A stretch of 64,000 bases of DNA, from assembly GCA_963834385.1 (NCBI GenBank), contig CAWIBO010000005.1, forward strand, positions 640,001-704,000. Reading direction: 5' to 3'. The position numbers and the translations under genes were made by a program. This stretch comes from an uncultured Verrucomicrobiae bacterium (GTDB lineage Bacteria; Verrucomicrobiota; Verrucomicrobiia; Chthoniobacterales; UBA10450). Each line of letters opens with the position of its first letter. Positions within the stretch are counted from its first letter, which is position 1. Below, one piece after another: positions 1 through 14,647 of this stretch. The notes under the pieces were generated by a model. It was not told the origin of the DNA. It searched no databases and saw only the letters and a program-made list of their open reading frames with translations.

Positions 1-191
1 CCGGCCACGGAGGGGCGGGGCAAACCGGGACACTCATCGTATCGGACGCGGTCAACGACGTCGCACTGCTCGACCAGCGCGCTCAGTCCCGAGCCGAGGA
101 CCACGGCCATTTCCGCCTGCCAGGCGCCCAGCTTTTCCGCAGCCTCCCTCCCCTCGTGCTTCGCGGCGGTGCCGCTGGCCGAGGTCGTCAC
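1..191 (-). CDS. Purine-nucleoside phosphorylase, N-terminal part (runs off the window start)
   Basis: Manual translation from the GTG overlapping the upstream TGA: VTTSASG...EMAVVLGSGLSALVE...VRYDECPGLPRPSVAG, matching the PNP N-terminal motifs (xVLGSGL, PGxPxxxVxG). Confidence 0.75.
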   Translation of the reverse strand, partial: MTTSASGTAAKHEGREAAEKLGAWQAEMAVVLGSGLSALVEQCDVVDRVRYDECPGLPRPSVA

Positions 192-1825
192 GCGGCGGAG
201 ACAGGCGGCGCTGTCTCCGGTTTGGGAGAGGCGGTTACATCAGGCCGGACCCCGTCATCGCGGCTCCCGGGTGTCTTCGTGTCCGACTTCGGATAGGCGA
301 TGCGGGTGTGCAACATCGTCATGAGGGTGAAACGGAAACGGTCGGAGACCGTTTTCAATTCCGCGAGGGTCAGATCGCACTCGTCGAGCTGGCCATCGGC
401 GATGCGCTGCTCGATGAGCTGCGACACGAGTTGCTCGATCTTTTGCGGGGTCGGTTTTTCCAGGCTGCGCGAGGCGCTCTCCACCATGTCGGCCAGGCTG
501 ATGATGGCGTTCTCTTTCGTTTGCGGTTTCGGCCCGTTGTAGCGGAAATTTTCCTCGCGCACATCCGGGATGTCCTCCTCGCGAATGTTCATGATCTTGC
601 CGCCGGCCCGCGCGTCCTCCTGCTGCTGCAGGGCGCGCTTGTAGAAGTAATAGACGAGCGAGGTGCCGTGATGCTGCTGGATCACGTCGATGATCTGCTG
701 GTTGAGCTTGTGCGTCAGCGCCAGGTCGACGCCCTCCTTCACATGCGAGAGAATGATGAGCGCGCTCATGCTCGGCGCCAGCTCATCGTGCGGGTTCCGC
801 TCGAAGTTCATGTTCTCGGTGAAATACTCCGGTTTCACCAGCTTCCCGACGTCGTGGAAATAGGAGCAGACGCGGCAGAGGGTGGCGTTGGCGCCGATCG
901 CCTCCGCGGCGGCCTCGGCCAGGTTGGCCACGACCAGGCTGTGGTGATAGGTGCCCGGCGCCTCGATCGTCATGCGGCGCAGCAACGGATGGTTCAGGTC
1001 GGAGGCCTCCAGCCACGAAATGTCGGTCGTGACCTGGAAGGCGTGTTCGAGAATCGGCAGCGCGCCGCCCACGAGGGTGGCGACGACAATGCCGTTGCCG
1101 ATGGCAATGGCGCTCTGCATCCCGATGAGGCCCCAGTTGGTCGCGCCGGGTGAGAAAAGATCAAGCGGCCCGATCAGGCCAAAGGTGAGCGAGAGCAGCC
1201 AGATGGCCACGCCGACACCGAAGCCGGCCCGGACCAGCCGGCTGCGCCGGCGCACCTGCATGGTCAGATAGACCGCGGTGAACCCGCTGATCAGGCCGGT
1301 GACGAGGAGCGGCGCATCAATTTCACCAAAGAGGATGCTGCCCCAGAGACTGACGAAAACGGCGGCGAAAAGAGCGTGGTTGCGCCCGAGGAGCACGCTG
1401 AGGACGAGCGGGGCAAAGGCATAGGGAACGATGAGCGGCGCGAGGTGCGGCTTGAGGAAGCCGACATTGCCGCTGTTCGACATGACCAGGACGAGCTTGG
1501 TTGCGGCGAGCTGGAGCAGGATCAGGCCGAAGACCAGGAAAACGCGGGAGTTGCGCGAGAAGGTGCCGGGCTGGTTCATCCAAAGCTGGGTGACAGCCGT
1601 GACGAAGAAGAGGAGGGAAATGACGAAGTTCTTGGTCGGCTCGGGCTGGTCGCCGCTGAAGATGAGCAGGGCCAGCCCGGCGATGAAGCCGATGAAGATG
1701 ACCCACTTCATGTAGACCGAGTACTCGAAGCTCTGGAGAAGCTCGTTCGAGGCGCGGCGCCGCCGTTTCTTGGGCGAGGCGAGCCCGCGTTTCACCAGGC
1801 GATTGCGTTTGAGGAAGTCGAGCAC
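188..1825 (-). CDS. Membrane HD/HDIG phosphohydrolase (7TM-HD, PgpH-like)
   Basis: Several TM segments, then HPLL, APGTYHHS, YFHDVGK, IILSHV, QHHGT, GPKPQTKE, LADMVESA; lies after phoH. Confidence 0.88.
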   Translation of the reverse strand: MLDFLKRNRLVKRGLASPKKRRRRASNELLQSFEYSVYMKWVIFIGFIAGLALLIFSGDQPEPTKNFVISLLFFVTAVTQLWMNQPGTFSRNSRVFLVFGLILLQLAATKLVLVMSNSGNVGFLKPHLAPLIVPYAFAPLVLSVLLGRNHALFAAVFVSLWGSILFGEIDAPLLVTGLISGFTAVYLTMQVRRRSRLVRAGFGVGVAIWLLSLTFGLIGPLDLFSPGATNWGLIGMQSAIAIGNGIVVATLVGGALPILEHAFQVTTDISWLEASDLNHPLLRRMTIEAPGTYHHSLVVANLAEAAAEAIGANATLCRVCSYFHDVGKLVKPEYFTENMNFERNPHDELAPSMSALIILSHVKEGVDLALTHKLNQQIIDVIQQHHGTSLVYYFYKRALQQQEDARAGGKIMNIREEDIPDVREENFRYNGPKPQTKENAIISLADMVESASRSLEKPTPQKIEQLVSQLIEQRIADGQLDECDLTLAELKTVSDRFRFTLMTMLHTRIAYPKSDTKTPGSRDDGVRPDVTASPKPETAPPVSAA

Positions 1826-1828
1826 GGT

Positions 1829-2803
1829 TTATTTGCGGCTGCCGGTCGCAGGGGAGCGATGCTGCTGGTAGGCGTTGATAATGGCGCGGACGAGTTCGTG
1901 GCGGACCACATCGCGCTCGCTGAAGTAAATCATGGAAATGTCAGGAACATTTTTCAAGGCCTGAAGCGCCTCGACCAGGCCGGAACGGCGGTTGGCGGGG
2001 AGATCGATCTGGGTGACGTCGCCGGTGACGACGCATTTGGAATTCTGTCCCATGCGGGTAAGGAGCATGAACATCTGCTCCGTGGTGGTGTTCTGGGCCT
2101 CGTCCAGGATGATGAAGGCGTTGCTGAGGGTGCGGCCGCGCATGTAGGCGAGCGGGGCCACCTCGATCGTCTGGCGGGTGATGGCCCGCTCCACTTCCTC
2201 CGGCTCCATCATGTCGCGCAGGGCGTCGTAGAGAGGCCGCAGATAGGGGGTGATCTTCTCCTGGAGATCGCCCGGGAGAAAGCCCAGCGCTTCGCCCGCC
2301 TCCACCGCCGGGCGGGTCAGGACAATGCGGCTGACCTGCTCCTTCTTGAGGGCGGCCACGGCCATGGCCACGGCCAGGTAGGTCTTGCCGGTGCCGGCGG
2401 GGCCGATGCCAAAAACGATGTCGTGCCGGCCGATGGCCTCGAGGTATTGCCGCTGGCCCATGGAGCGCGAAACCACAGGCGGTTTCCGGGGTGAGGTGGA
2501 AATCTTGATGTCCACCACGTCATTGAGATTGTCAGGGCGCGCGGAAGTCACCGAATCGAGGGCATAGTTAAAATCCCGGCGCTGGATGTCGACACCTTTT
2601 TGCCGGGCCTGTTCCAACTGTTGGAAGACCTGCTCCGCCTGGTTGATCCGCGCGGGGTCGCCCTCCAGCCGGACCCATCCTTCGCGGGTGGTGACCTTGA
2701 GCCCCAGCGCATCCTCGAGCGTTTTCAGGAGCCGCAGGTCGCCCGCGTAGAGCGATTCCAGCGCGCGGGCGCTCTCAAATTGCAACGTGCGGGATTCAGC
2801 CAT
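1829..2803 (-). CDS. phoH: PhoH-family ATPase
   Basis: GPAGTGKT, RPAVEAGEALGFLPG, YMRGRT, LDEAQN, GDVTQIDL. Confidence 0.95.
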   Translation of the reverse strand: MAESRTLQFESARALESLYAGDLRLLKTLEDALGLKVTTREGWVRLEGDPARINQAEQVFQQLEQARQKGVDIQRRDFNYALDSVTSARPDNLNDVVDIKISTSPRKPPVVSRSMGQRQYLEAIGRHDIVFGIGPAGTGKTYLAVAMAVAALKKEQVSRIVLTRPAVEAGEALGFLPGDLQEKITPYLRPLYDALRDMMEPEEVERAITRQTIEVAPLAYMRGRTLSNAFIILDEAQNTTTEQMFMLLTRMGQNSKCVVTGDVTQIDLPANRRSGLVEALQALKNVPDISMIYFSERDVVRHELVRAIINAYQQHRSPATGSRK

Positions 2804-2836
2804 TTCCCAGCGCCCGCTCCGGGCGCTGCCTGCCGA

Positions 2837-3286
2837 TCAACGGAAGCCGTAGACGAGCGCCCAGTGCGTCCGTTCTTCCGGCGATTCCTCCACGGAGACG
2901 ATGATGAAATAGCTCCCGGTGGCGGGAGGAATGACATGGGCCCCGGCAAAGTGCCCTTTCTGCCAGCTATCCGGTTGTTCCACCAGCTGGCCCTCGGAGT
3001 CGTAGACGTGGACGGAGACCTTGGCCTTCTCGATCTCGGAGCCGAGCCAGAACCAGTACTCGTTCCCCTTGAACAATTGCTGGCGGACGGCCTTTTTCTC
3101 ACCGGCAGCCAGGTCGCCGCCCCAGTAATCCTCGCGGACCTGGAACCCTTCCTTGACGTAAGGCTCGGCCGCCTGGAGCGCGAAGGATTGCGCGTCATCG
3201 ACGGAACCGCGCACGCTCAAGGCGAGCAGGCAGCAGAAAACGCCGGCCAGGAAGACCGCGCGATGATCGGTAAAACGTTTGAACAT
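2837..3286 (-). CDS. Hypothetical exported protein (beta-rich)
   Basis: 149 aa, signal-peptide-like N-terminus, co-oriented in the operon. Confidence 0.75.
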   Translation of the reverse strand: MFKRFTDHRAVFLAGVFCCLLALSVRGSVDDAQSFALQAAEPYVKEGFQVREDYWGGDLAAGEKKAVRQQLFKGNEYWFWLGSEIEKAKVSVHVYDSEGQLVEQPDSWQKGHFAGAHVIPPATGSYFIIVSVEESPEERTHWALVYGFR

Positions 3287-3291
3287 GGGGC

Positions 3292-4095
3292 TCAGGGACT
3301 TTTACGGACGATGGCCTGGTCAAGGCGCGTCGTGATAACGTTGATCCGCTTGACGGACTCGGGCGAAATGGTGGAGGGACCGCCCTCGATCAGCGGTCGC
3401 ACCTCGCCGAGCGCGGCTTGGATGTCCTGGAGAAGCTTCATATTATACTCCGGCATCCCCTGGAGCTTCTCCTCGAAATAGGTGAGCAGATCGGGCTGGT
3501 GCAACAATTCCGCCCCCTCGGCGGAGAAGCGCTTGGAAACGACGGAAGTCAGCACCTCGGTCCCGCGGAGCCAGCCGCCGAGGCTGACCAGTTGGGAGAG
3601 TTTCTGGTCGCGCACTTCGTTCATCGCATTCTGGACACTGTTCTGCGTGCGATCGAGTTCGCGGCGCACCACGGCCCAGTTCCGTTTGTCGGCCGCCTCG
3701 GTGATGGCCTTGGCGTGCGGCGTAATGGAATTGCCCACACCGATCCCCTTGGAAAGGTTCAGGACGCGCTGCCCGATGTCCTTCACCGCCGGGGCGTCCT
3801 CCGCCTCCACCGCGATAAAGCCATCGGCAATCACGGTCCCGAGGAGAAGGGCAATGCGGGGGCGCTCCGTGAAATTGCTCCCTTTCTCCGTGCGCACGTG
3901 CTCCTTCCAGTTGACCCCCCCGAGTTTGTCGAGCGCGCCGAAGACTTCATTGGGCAGGGGCACCAGGACCTCGTCCACCGTGGTGGCAAGTTCGCGCACG
4001 TTGACGCTGCGGGGCGCCTCGGCCCCGTGCGCGGTTAGAACCATGGCGGCCAGGAGACCGCCGCCGGCCCGGGAAAGAAAGGAGGGTAAAAGCAT
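3292..4095 (-). CDS. Hypothetical exported protein (helical)
   Basis: 267 aa, signal-peptide-like N-terminus (..AHG-AE), natural composition, 5 nt from the next gene. Confidence 0.75.
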   Translation of the reverse strand: MLLPSFLSRAGGGLLAAMVLTAHGAEAPRSVNVRELATTVDEVLVPLPNEVFGALDKLGGVNWKEHVRTEKGSNFTERPRIALLLGTVIADGFIAVEAEDAPAVKDIGQRVLNLSKGIGVGNSITPHAKAITEAADKRNWAVVRRELDRTQNSVQNAMNEVRDQKLSQLVSLGGWLRGTEVLTSVVSKRFSAEGAELLHQPDLLTYFEEKLQGMPEYNMKLLQDIQAALGEVRPLIEGGPSTISPESVKRINVITTRLDQAIVRKSP

Positions 4096-4243
4096 CAGGA
4101 ATCTTCGACTGTTGATTTCGGGGTGGTATTCAGGATTAATTCCGAGACCTTAACCAGAACTTTCACCTCGCACAAATCGCCGTCTCTCTTCCTTTGATAC
4201 TTCTTCTTCGCAGTAACGGCCCCCGGCGGAGGCACCTATTTTC

Positions 4244-5254
4244 ATGACGCCCGGGCGTTTGGATGAAATTTTGGCGGCCGCCTCCGCCCGCCGCCTCCTC
4301 GTTCTGGGCGACCTGATGCTCGATGAATTTGTCTGGGGCAAGGTCGGCCGGATCTCTCCCGAGGCCCCCGTCCCAGTGGTGGAGGTGACCGGGGAAAGCC
4401 TGTATCCGGGCGGGGCGGCCAATGTCGCGCGCAACCTGCGTGAGTTTGCCGGAAAGGTGGAGGTCATCGGCATGATCGGTCCCGACCGGGGCGGCCGGCA
4501 GTTGCGCGAACTTTTGGCCGAACGCCAGATCGGGACCGGCTCCATTTTCGAGGCGCCCGGGTTTCCCACCATCGTCAAAACGCGCATCATTGCGCGCCAG
4601 CAGCAGGTGGTGCGGGTCGATCGCGAACAGGTCCGCGCGCCCGACGCCGGGCAGGTGGCCACGGTGACTGCCCGGGTGCGCGCGCTCCTCCCGGAGATTG
4701 ATGCCGTGATTTTTGAGGATTACGGGAAGGGTTTCCTGAGCCAGGACCTGGTCAACGCCATCACGCAGGAGGCGCGCGCCGCCGGCAAGACCGTCACGGC
4801 GGATCCCAGCCCGCGGCACCTGGTCGACTGGAGCGGGGTGACCGCGGTGAAACCGAACCGGCTCGAGGCGTTTCACGCCGCGGGTGTGCTTTTGACTGAT
4901 CCGGCGGACTCAGCCCTGGAGGACCGGCCGCTCCTCGAGGTGGGCGCACGGCTGCTGGAGAAATGGAAAGTCGGCATGCTCCTGGTAACGCTCGGTGAAC
5001 AGGGCATGATGCTCTTCCGCGCCGACGCGCCGCCTCACCATGTGCCCACCCGGGCGCGGCAGGTCTTTGACGTTTCCGGCGCGGGCGATACCGCCATCGC
5101 CCTTTTCACCCTCGCCCTTTCGGCCGGGGCCGCGCCGGAGGAGGCCGCTGAAATCGCCAATCACGCCAGCGCCGTGGTGGTGGCGAAACTCGGCACGGCC
5201 ACGGTCAGCCCGGAGGAGTTGCGCGCCAGTTTCGCCGATGACGGCCCCGGATAA
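4244..5254 (+). CDS. rfaE1: D-glycero-beta-D-manno-heptose-7-phosphate kinase (stand-alone HldE kinase domain)
   Basis: GDLMLDEF, RISPEAPVPV, GGAANVA, DYGKG, DVSGAGDT, KLGTATV. Confidence 0.92.
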   Translation: MTPGRLDEILAAASARRLLVLGDLMLDEFVWGKVGRISPEAPVPVVEVTGESLYPGGAANVARNLREFAGKVEVIGMIGPDRGGRQLRELLAERQIGTGSIFEAPGFPTIVKTRIIARQQQVVRVDREQVRAPDAGQVATVTARVRALLPEIDAVIFEDYGKGFLSQDLVNAITQEARAAGKTVTADPSPRHLVDWSGVTAVKPNRLEAFHAAGVLLTDPADSALEDRPLLEVGARLLEKWKVGMLLVTLGEQGMMLFRADAPPHHVPTRARQVFDVSGAGDTAIALFTLALSAGAAPEEAAEIANHASAVVVAKLGTATVSPEELRASFADDGPG

Positions 5255-5779
5255 CCTCGTGCCGGCGGTCTTTTTCGATCGCGACGGCACCATCATGCGC
5301 GACGTGAATTATTGTCGCGATCCGGAGGAAGTGGAGGTGTTCCCCGGCGTGGCCTCCGCCCTCCTCCGACTGCGCGAGCAGGGATTCAAGCTCCTCATGG
5401 TGACAAACCAAAGCGGAATCGGGCGCGGCTATTTCTCGCGCGAGGAATATGACAAGGTCCACGCCGAGGTGATCCGGCAGCTGGGAGCAGGCGCGCCGGA
5501 CGCCACGTATGTCTGCCCCGACCCGCCCGGGGTGGCCTCGCTTTGCCGCAAGCCGGCCCCGGGCATGGTCCTGCAGGGCGCGCGCGAGCACCGGACAAAT
5601 CCGGCGCGTTCTGTTTTTGTCGGGGACAAGGAAATCGACGTGCACTGCGGCCATAACGCCGGGATCAAGGCGATCCGCGTCCAAACCGGGTTCGAGACGA
5701 ACACGGCTGACAGTTCCGCCGACTGGATCGCGGAGGATTTCGTGGCCGCGGCCGCGATCATTCTGCGGGAGTTTCCGGT

Positions 5780-5783
<4 letters not shown>
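5238..5783 (+). CDS. gmhB: Heptose-1,7-bisphosphate phosphatase (HAD-IIIA)
   Basis: ATG at 5238; FFDRDGTI, VTNQSGIGRG, CRKPAPGM, VGDK. Confidence 0.9.
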
Positions 5784-9110
<3,327 letters not shown>

Positions 9111-9129
<19 letters not shown>

Positions 9130-10250
9130 AACGCGTCGCGGGCTTTCGTCACCGCCGCGAGGGCCTCGTCGGCCGACTCTCCGAGGCAGGTGAGATGCCC
9201 CATTTTGCGCCGCGGCCGCGGCTCATGCTTGCCGTAGAGATGGAGGTGAACGCCCGGAACCGCCAGCGCCTCGGTCCAGGGTGGCTCGCCGTCGCGCCAG
9301 ACTTCGCCCAGGATGTTCGCCATGGCGGTGGGACGCAGCAGCGTTGTCGGCCCGAGCGGCAATCCGCAAACCGCGCGCAGTTGCTGTTCAAACTGGCTGG
9401 TCGCGCAGCCTTCGATGCTCCAATGCCCGGAATTATGCGGGCGCGGGGCCAGTTCGTTCACCAGCAGGCCGCCTTTTTTGTCGAGAAACATTTCCACCGC
9501 GAGGAGCCCGATGAGGTCCATTTTCTCGGCCAGGTCCCGCGCCAGTTCCCCGGCCGCCGCCGCCACCTCCGGTCCGACCCGCGCGGGCACGACGGTGAAA
9601 TCGAGGATGTGGTTCCGGTGGATGTTCTCGGCCAGCGGAAAGACAGCGCACTCCCCGGAGGGTCCGCGGGCCACGATGACCGAGAGTTCCTTCGAGAAAT
9701 CAATCGCCTTTTCCAGGATCAACTCGTCGCCGGTGCGGGCCTCCCAGATTTCGCCCGCCTCCCCGCCGCGGATCATTTGCTGGCCTTTGCCATCGTAGCC
9801 CCAAGCCGCCGTTTTCAGGATGGCCGGGCGACCAATGGCATCAAGGGCGTTGTCCAGTTCGACCTCGCTCCGGACCGCGCGAAACGGCGCCACCGGGAAG
9901 CCGTTGCCGGAAAGGAACGTTTTTTCCGACAGGCGATGTTGGGTCGTGGCGAGCAACTCTCCCGCAGGCCGCACCGGACAATGCCCGGCGCACCAGCGCA
10001 CGGTCTCCGCCGGGATGTTCTCGAACTCGAAGGTCATCACGTCGAGGTCACGCGCGAACCGGTCCACCGCCCCTTCGTTCAGGTAATCTGCGATCACGGC
10101 GTGATCGGCGAACTGTTCCGCCGGTCCGTTCTGTTCCGGCGTGAAAATGTGCACCCGGTAACCCATCCGCCGCGCCGCCACGGCAAACATGCGACCGAGC
10201 TGGCCGCCTCCCATCACCCCGACGGTGCTCCCCGGCCCGATCGGCGTCAT
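9111..10250 (-). CDS. purK: N5-carboxyaminoimidazole ribonucleotide synthase
   Basis: [40 protein letters not shown]. Confidence 0.95.
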
Positions 10251-10744
10251 GGTTTCCGCTGCGCGAGCACGGCCTCGGTCTGGGCCCGCCGGAACGCTTC
10301 CACCCGGCCCTGCACCGCCTTGTCCCCCAGCCCGATGATGCTCGCGGCCAGCAGCGCCGCATTCTTCGCCCCGGCCACCCCAATCGCCAGCGTCCCCACC
10401 GGCACGCCCGCCGGCATTTGGGCAATCGAAAGCAGCGAATCCATCCCGCTTAGGGCATGGGACTGCACCGGCACACCCAGCACCGGCAGCCAGGTATGCG
10501 CCGCCACCATCCCGGGCAGGTGCGCCGCGCCCCCCGCCCCCGCGATGATCACCCGCAGCCCCCGGCCGGCCGCGCCGCGCGCGAAGTCGGCCATCAACTC
10601 CGGGGTGCGATGCGCCGAGACAATCTGATGCTCGGCCGCCACCCCCAGTTCCCCCAGGAGCTCGACCGCGTGGCGCATCGTTTCCCAGTCGGATTTACTG
10701 CCCATGATCACGGCCACCAGCGGAGAGACGTCGGAATCAGCCAT
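10247..10744 (-). CDS. purE: N5-CAIR mutase
   Basis: [33 protein letters not shown]. Confidence 0.96.
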   Translation of the reverse strand: MADSDVSPLVAVIMGSKSDWETMRHAVELLGELGVAAEHQIVSAHRTPELMADFARGAAGRGLRVIIAGAGGAAHLPGMVAAHTWLPVLGVPVQSHALSGMDSLLSIAQMPAGVPVGTLAIGVAGAKNAALLAASIIGLGDKAVQGRVEAFRRAQTEAVLAQRKP

Positions 10745-10829
10745 CGCCTAAGCAGTTTCGCAGGGGCGCACCCTTGTAAAGTCCTTTCGCCGGCTTTTCA
10801 GGTCCGGCGCCCCCCGTTACAATCGGGGC

Positions 10830-11348
10830 GTGACCGGGCCGGCCATCATCCTTATCGGCTTCATGGGCACGGGAAAATCGTCCGTGGGCGCGGCCCTGGC
10901 CCGCAAAACAGAGCTGCCCGTGTTCGATACCGACGCCATCATCGTGGCCAAGTTCCAGACGCCCATCACCCACGTCTTCGAGCGACTCGGGGCCGAGGGC
11001 TTTCGCGATGAGGAAACGCTGGCCCTGAACACCATTCCCAAAGTGCCCGGCATCGTCATCACCGGAGGCGGCAGCGTTTTGCGGCCTCAAAATGTCGAGG
11101 TGCTGAAAAAACTGGGACGCCTCGCCTGGTTGCGGGCGAGTGAGGAGACGGTTTACCACCGCATCGCCGGGCGCGACGATCGGCCGCTCCTCCAGGGGCC
11201 CGATCCGCGCCGACGCGTGGCCGAGTTGATGGAGAAACGAGAGGAAGTCTACCGCCGTGCGGCCGATCTCGTCTTCGAGACGGACGATCTTTCCCCCGAC
11301 CAGATCGCCGATTTGATCCTGGAACAACTTTCGCCCGGCCGCGAGTGA
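10830..11348 (+). CDS. aroK: Shikimate kinase
   Basis: IGFMGTGKS, FRDEE, TGGG, RPLL. Confidence 0.92.
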   Translation: MTGPAIILIGFMGTGKSSVGAALARKTELPVFDTDAIIVAKFQTPITHVFERLGAEGFRDEETLALNTIPKVPGIVITGGGSVLRPQNVEVLKKLGRLAWLRASEETVYHRIAGRDDRPLLQGPDPRRRVAELMEKREEVYRRAADLVFETDDLSPDQIADLILEQLSPGRE

Positions 11349-12442
11349 GGCGACCTTGGCCGGTGACTGCCGCGCCCCCCACGACCAGCCTGCCTAAGCA
11401 GGAGATTATTTCGCGCGCGCTCGAGCTTGGGTTCAGTGCCTGCCGCATCACGGCTTGCACCGCACCGGCGCACGCCCGGGAATTCCGCGAATGGCTCGCG
11501 GCCGGGGCCGCCGGGGAGATGACCTGGATGGAACGGGGCGCCGACAAACGCTGCGACCCGCAATCGGTCCTGCCGGGCGCCCGGTCGGTCATCGTTCTTG
11601 CCCTCAATTATTGGCAGGGACCGAGCCGACGCCGGGTCCCTGGCCGGATCGCCCGCTACGCCTGGGGCGACGATTATCACGGGCTCATCGAGAAGAAGCT
11701 GGAGCAGCTCGATCTCTTCCTGCGGGAGAATGGCGGCACCCAAAAATGCTACGTCGATACCGGCCCCGTCCTGGAACGCGATTTCGCCGCCGCCGCCGGT
11801 CTCGGCTGGCAGGGGAAAAGCACCATGCTTCTCGAGCAAAAGCTCGGGACCTGGTTTTTTCTCGCGGCAATTTTGACCACCCTTCCCCTGCCGCCCGATC
11901 CCCCGCAGGTCGGACGCTGTGGCAGTTGCACGCGCTGCGTCACTGCCTGCCCCACCGGGGCCATCACCGCTCCTTACCGGCTCGATGCCCGCCGCTGCAT
12001 TTCTTATCTGACCATTGAGTTGAAGGGGCCGGTCCCGCTGGAACTCCGCCCGCTCATGGGCGATCGCATTTTCGGCTGTGACGATTGCCTCGACGCCTGC
12101 CCGTGGAACCGCTTCGCCAGGGCCTCGCAGGAATCCGCCTTTGCCCTGCGACCCGCTCTGGCCGAGACGCCCCTCCGCGATTTTCTACGCCTCGACGAGG
12201 AGGAGTTCCGCCGGATTTTCGCCCGGTCGCCCATCAAGCGCATCAAGCGGCGCGGCTTTCTCCGGAACGTCTGCATTGCCCTTGGGAATGTCGGCACGGC
12301 GGCGGACCTCCCTGCCCTGGCCCGGGCGGCGGACGATCCGGAACCGCTGATTGCCGAGCACGCTCGCTGGGCCACCGGGCAGATTCGCGCCCGTCAGGCC
12401 GGGAGCGCCCCGGCCTTGCCAGCCTCCCCAAGGACGGCTTGA
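11345..12442 (+). CDS. queG: Epoxyqueuosine reductase
   Basis: IARYAWGDDYH, VDTGPVLER, CGSCTRCVTACPTGA, CISYLTIE, GCDDCLDACPWN. Confidence 0.93.
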   Translation: MRRPWPVTAAPPTTSLPKQEIISRALELGFSACRITACTAPAHAREFREWLAAGAAGEMTWMERGADKRCDPQSVLPGARSVIVLALNYWQGPSRRRVPGRIARYAWGDDYHGLIEKKLEQLDLFLRENGGTQKCYVDTGPVLERDFAAAAGLGWQGKSTMLLEQKLGTWFFLAAILTTLPLPPDPPQVGRCGSCTRCVTACPTGAITAPYRLDARRCISYLTIELKGPVPLELRPLMGDRIFGCDDCLDACPWNRFARASQESAFALRPALAETPLRDFLRLDEEEFRRIFARSPIKRIKRRGFLRNVCIALGNVGTAADLPALARAADDPEPLIAEHARWATGQIRARQAGSAPALPASPRTA

Positions 12443-12514
12443 TTTAATCTGAACGGCTTTTCCTTTGCATCGGTCGAAGGAGTCGCTATCCCTAGCGCCG
12501 TTCCCCTTCCCCCG

Positions 12515-13876
12515 ATGCATCAGACCGCTGTCCCCCAGGAGCCCCCCGCTAAAACTGCCCGAAAAAAGAGCCGCTGGACCCGGAAGCGCCTTTTTATCGT
12601 CGGCGGAGGCGTGGCCGCACTTCTCCTCGTGCTCGCCATCTTTTCCGGCAAAGGCGAAAAACCAATCCCGGTGACCACGGAGAAGGCGGAACGGCGCACC
12701 ATCGTGCAGACCGTTTCCGCCACGGGCAAGGTCCAGCCTGAAATCGAGGTAAAGATCTCGCCGGAAGTGGCGGGCGAAATCATTGAACTCCCGGTGGAAG
12801 ACGGCAAGGAAGTGAAAAAGGGAGAATTGCTCCTCCGGATCAAACCCGATTCCTACCGGGCGCTGCTGGAGCAGCAGCAGGCCGCCATCAGCGGCGCGAA
12901 GGCCATGAACCTGCAGGCAAAGGCTTCGATGCTTCAGGAGGAACAGGATCTGAAGCGGGCCCAGGACCTCTTCAACAAGAAGCTGATCTCCGATTCCGAG
13001 TTCGTCGCGGCGCGCACCGCCTTTGACGTGGCGAAATCGACCTTTGAAAGCTCCCGGCACGAGATTGAGCGGGCGGAGGCGGCCTCCAGCCAGGCGCGCG
13101 ACCAGCTTTCCAAGACCACCATTTATTCGCCGATGGACGGCACCGTGACCAAGCTCGACAGCAAACTGGGCGAGCGCGTGGTGGCGACGAACCAGTTCGC
13201 CGGAACCGAGGTAATGCGCGTGGCGGACCTCGCCCAAATGCAGGCGGTGGTTGACGCGAACGAAAACGACGTGGTCAAGGTCAAGATCGGGGACAAGGCG
13301 ACGGTGACGATCGATGCCTACGGCGACCGGAAGTTCACCGGCGAGGTGCAGCAGATCGCCAATACCGGCAGCACGACCAAGGAAGGGACCCAGGAGGAGG
13401 TGACCAATTTCGAGGTCAAGATTCGCCTGCGGGAACCGGGCCTGAAACTGCGGCCCGGCCTCAGTTGCACCGCCGAGATCGAGACGAACATGGCCCGCGA
13501 CGTCGTCTCGGTCCCGCTCCAGGCCGTCACCATCCGGACAAACGACTCGAAGCTGAGCCCGGAAGAGGAAGAGAAGAAAAAACGGGCGGCGAGCGCGCGT
13601 GACAAGGACGATCTGACCGCGGAGACGATCAACGAAACCCAGCAGCGCCGGGCGCAGCGCGAGGAGCGCGAGAAGCTAAGCAAGGTTGTTTTCCTCAAGG
13701 AGGGCGACAAGGCGGTCCTGAAAAAGGTCGAGACCGGCATCGCCAACGACGCCTACATGGAAATCAAGAGCGGGCTGAACCCGGGCGACCTGGTGATCTC
13801 CGGAAGTTACAGCGCCGTCTCGCGCAAACTGAAGGATGGCGCCGACGTGACCATGGAAAAGGAGGCCGGCAAATAA
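12515..13876 (+). CDS. Efflux periplasmic adaptor (MacA-like MFP)
   Basis: N-terminal TM, ATGKVQP, lipoyl-like [11 protein letters not shown], coiled hairpin, IYSPMDGTV. Confidence 0.9.
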   Translation: MHQTAVPQEPPAKTARKKSRWTRKRLFIVGGGVAALLLVLAIFSGKGEKPIPVTTEKAERRTIVQTVSATGKVQPEIEVKISPEVAGEIIELPVEDGKEVKKGELLLRIKPDSYRALLEQQQAAISGAKAMNLQAKASMLQEEQDLKRAQDLFNKKLISDSEFVAARTAFDVAKSTFESSRHEIERAEAASSQARDQLSKTTIYSPMDGTVTKLDSKLGERVVATNQFAGTEVMRVADLAQMQAVVDANENDVVKVKIGDKATVTIDAYGDRKFTGEVQQIANTGSTTKEGTQEEVTNFEVKIRLREPGLKLRPGLSCTAEIETNMARDVVSVPLQAVTIRTNDSKLSPEEEEKKKRAASARDKDDLTAETINETQQRRAQREEREKLSKVVFLKEGDKAVLKKVETGIANDAYMEIKSGLNPGDLVISGSYSAVSRKLKDGADVTMEKEAGK

Positions 13877-13895
13877 GCCGGCGGCCGCGCGTCCA

Positions 13896-14639
13896 ATGAA
13901 CGCCGGGGATGCGAGGCGACCGCAGGGTCCGGTCGTCATTGATATCGAGAACATCACCAAGACCTACGTCATGGGCGAGGAAAGCGTGCACGCCCTGCGC
14001 GGGGTCTCGCTCCAGATCCGGCGCAACGAATACCTCGCCATCATGGGGCCGAGCGGGAGCGGCAAATCGACGCTCATGAACATGCTCGGCTGCCTCGACA
14101 CCCCCACCTCGGGTCGCTACGAGTTCAGCGGCAAGAATGTCTCGGCGATGGACGACGACGAACTGGCCGCCATCCGCAACCGCGAGATCGGCTTCGTCTT
14201 CCAGACGTTCAACCTCCTGCCCCGCTCCGACAGCCTGCATAACGTCGAGCTTCCCCTGATCTATGCCGGGCTCGAACCGGAAGCGCGCCGGGCTCGCGCC
14301 GCCCAGGCCCTGCGCGACGTCGGGCTCGGCGACCGCCTCCAGCACAAGCCGAACGAACTTTCCGGCGGCCAGCGGCAGCGCGTCGCCATCGCCCGCGCCC
14401 TCGTCAACCAGCCTTCCATCATCCTGGCGGACGAACCGACCGGGAACCTCGATAGCCGGACGGGTGAGGAAATCATGGCCCTCTTCGAGAATCTCTACGA
14501 GGAGGGCCACACCATCATTGTCGTCACCCACGAGGACGACATTGCGCGGCACGCCCGGCGCATGGTCCACCTGCGCGACGGCCGGATCGAGAGCGACGAA
14601 TTCCTGCCGGCGGAAACGAACCTGGCCGGAACTCATTGA
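13896..14639 (+). CDS. ABC ATP-binding protein (MacB/LolD-like)
   Basis: [33 protein letters not shown]. Confidence 0.93.
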   Translation: MNAGDARRPQGPVVIDIENITKTYVMGEESVHALRGVSLQIRRNEYLAIMGPSGSGKSTLMNMLGCLDTPTSGRYEFSGKNVSAMDDDELAAIRNREIGFVFQTFNLLPRSDSLHNVELPLIYAGLEPEARRARAAQALRDVGLGDRLQHKPNELSGGQRQRVAIARALVNQPSIILADEPTGNLDSRTGEEIMALFENLYEEGHTIIVVTHEDDIARHARRMVHLRDGRIESDEFLPAETNLAGTH

Positions 14640-14647
14640 CCGCGGAA

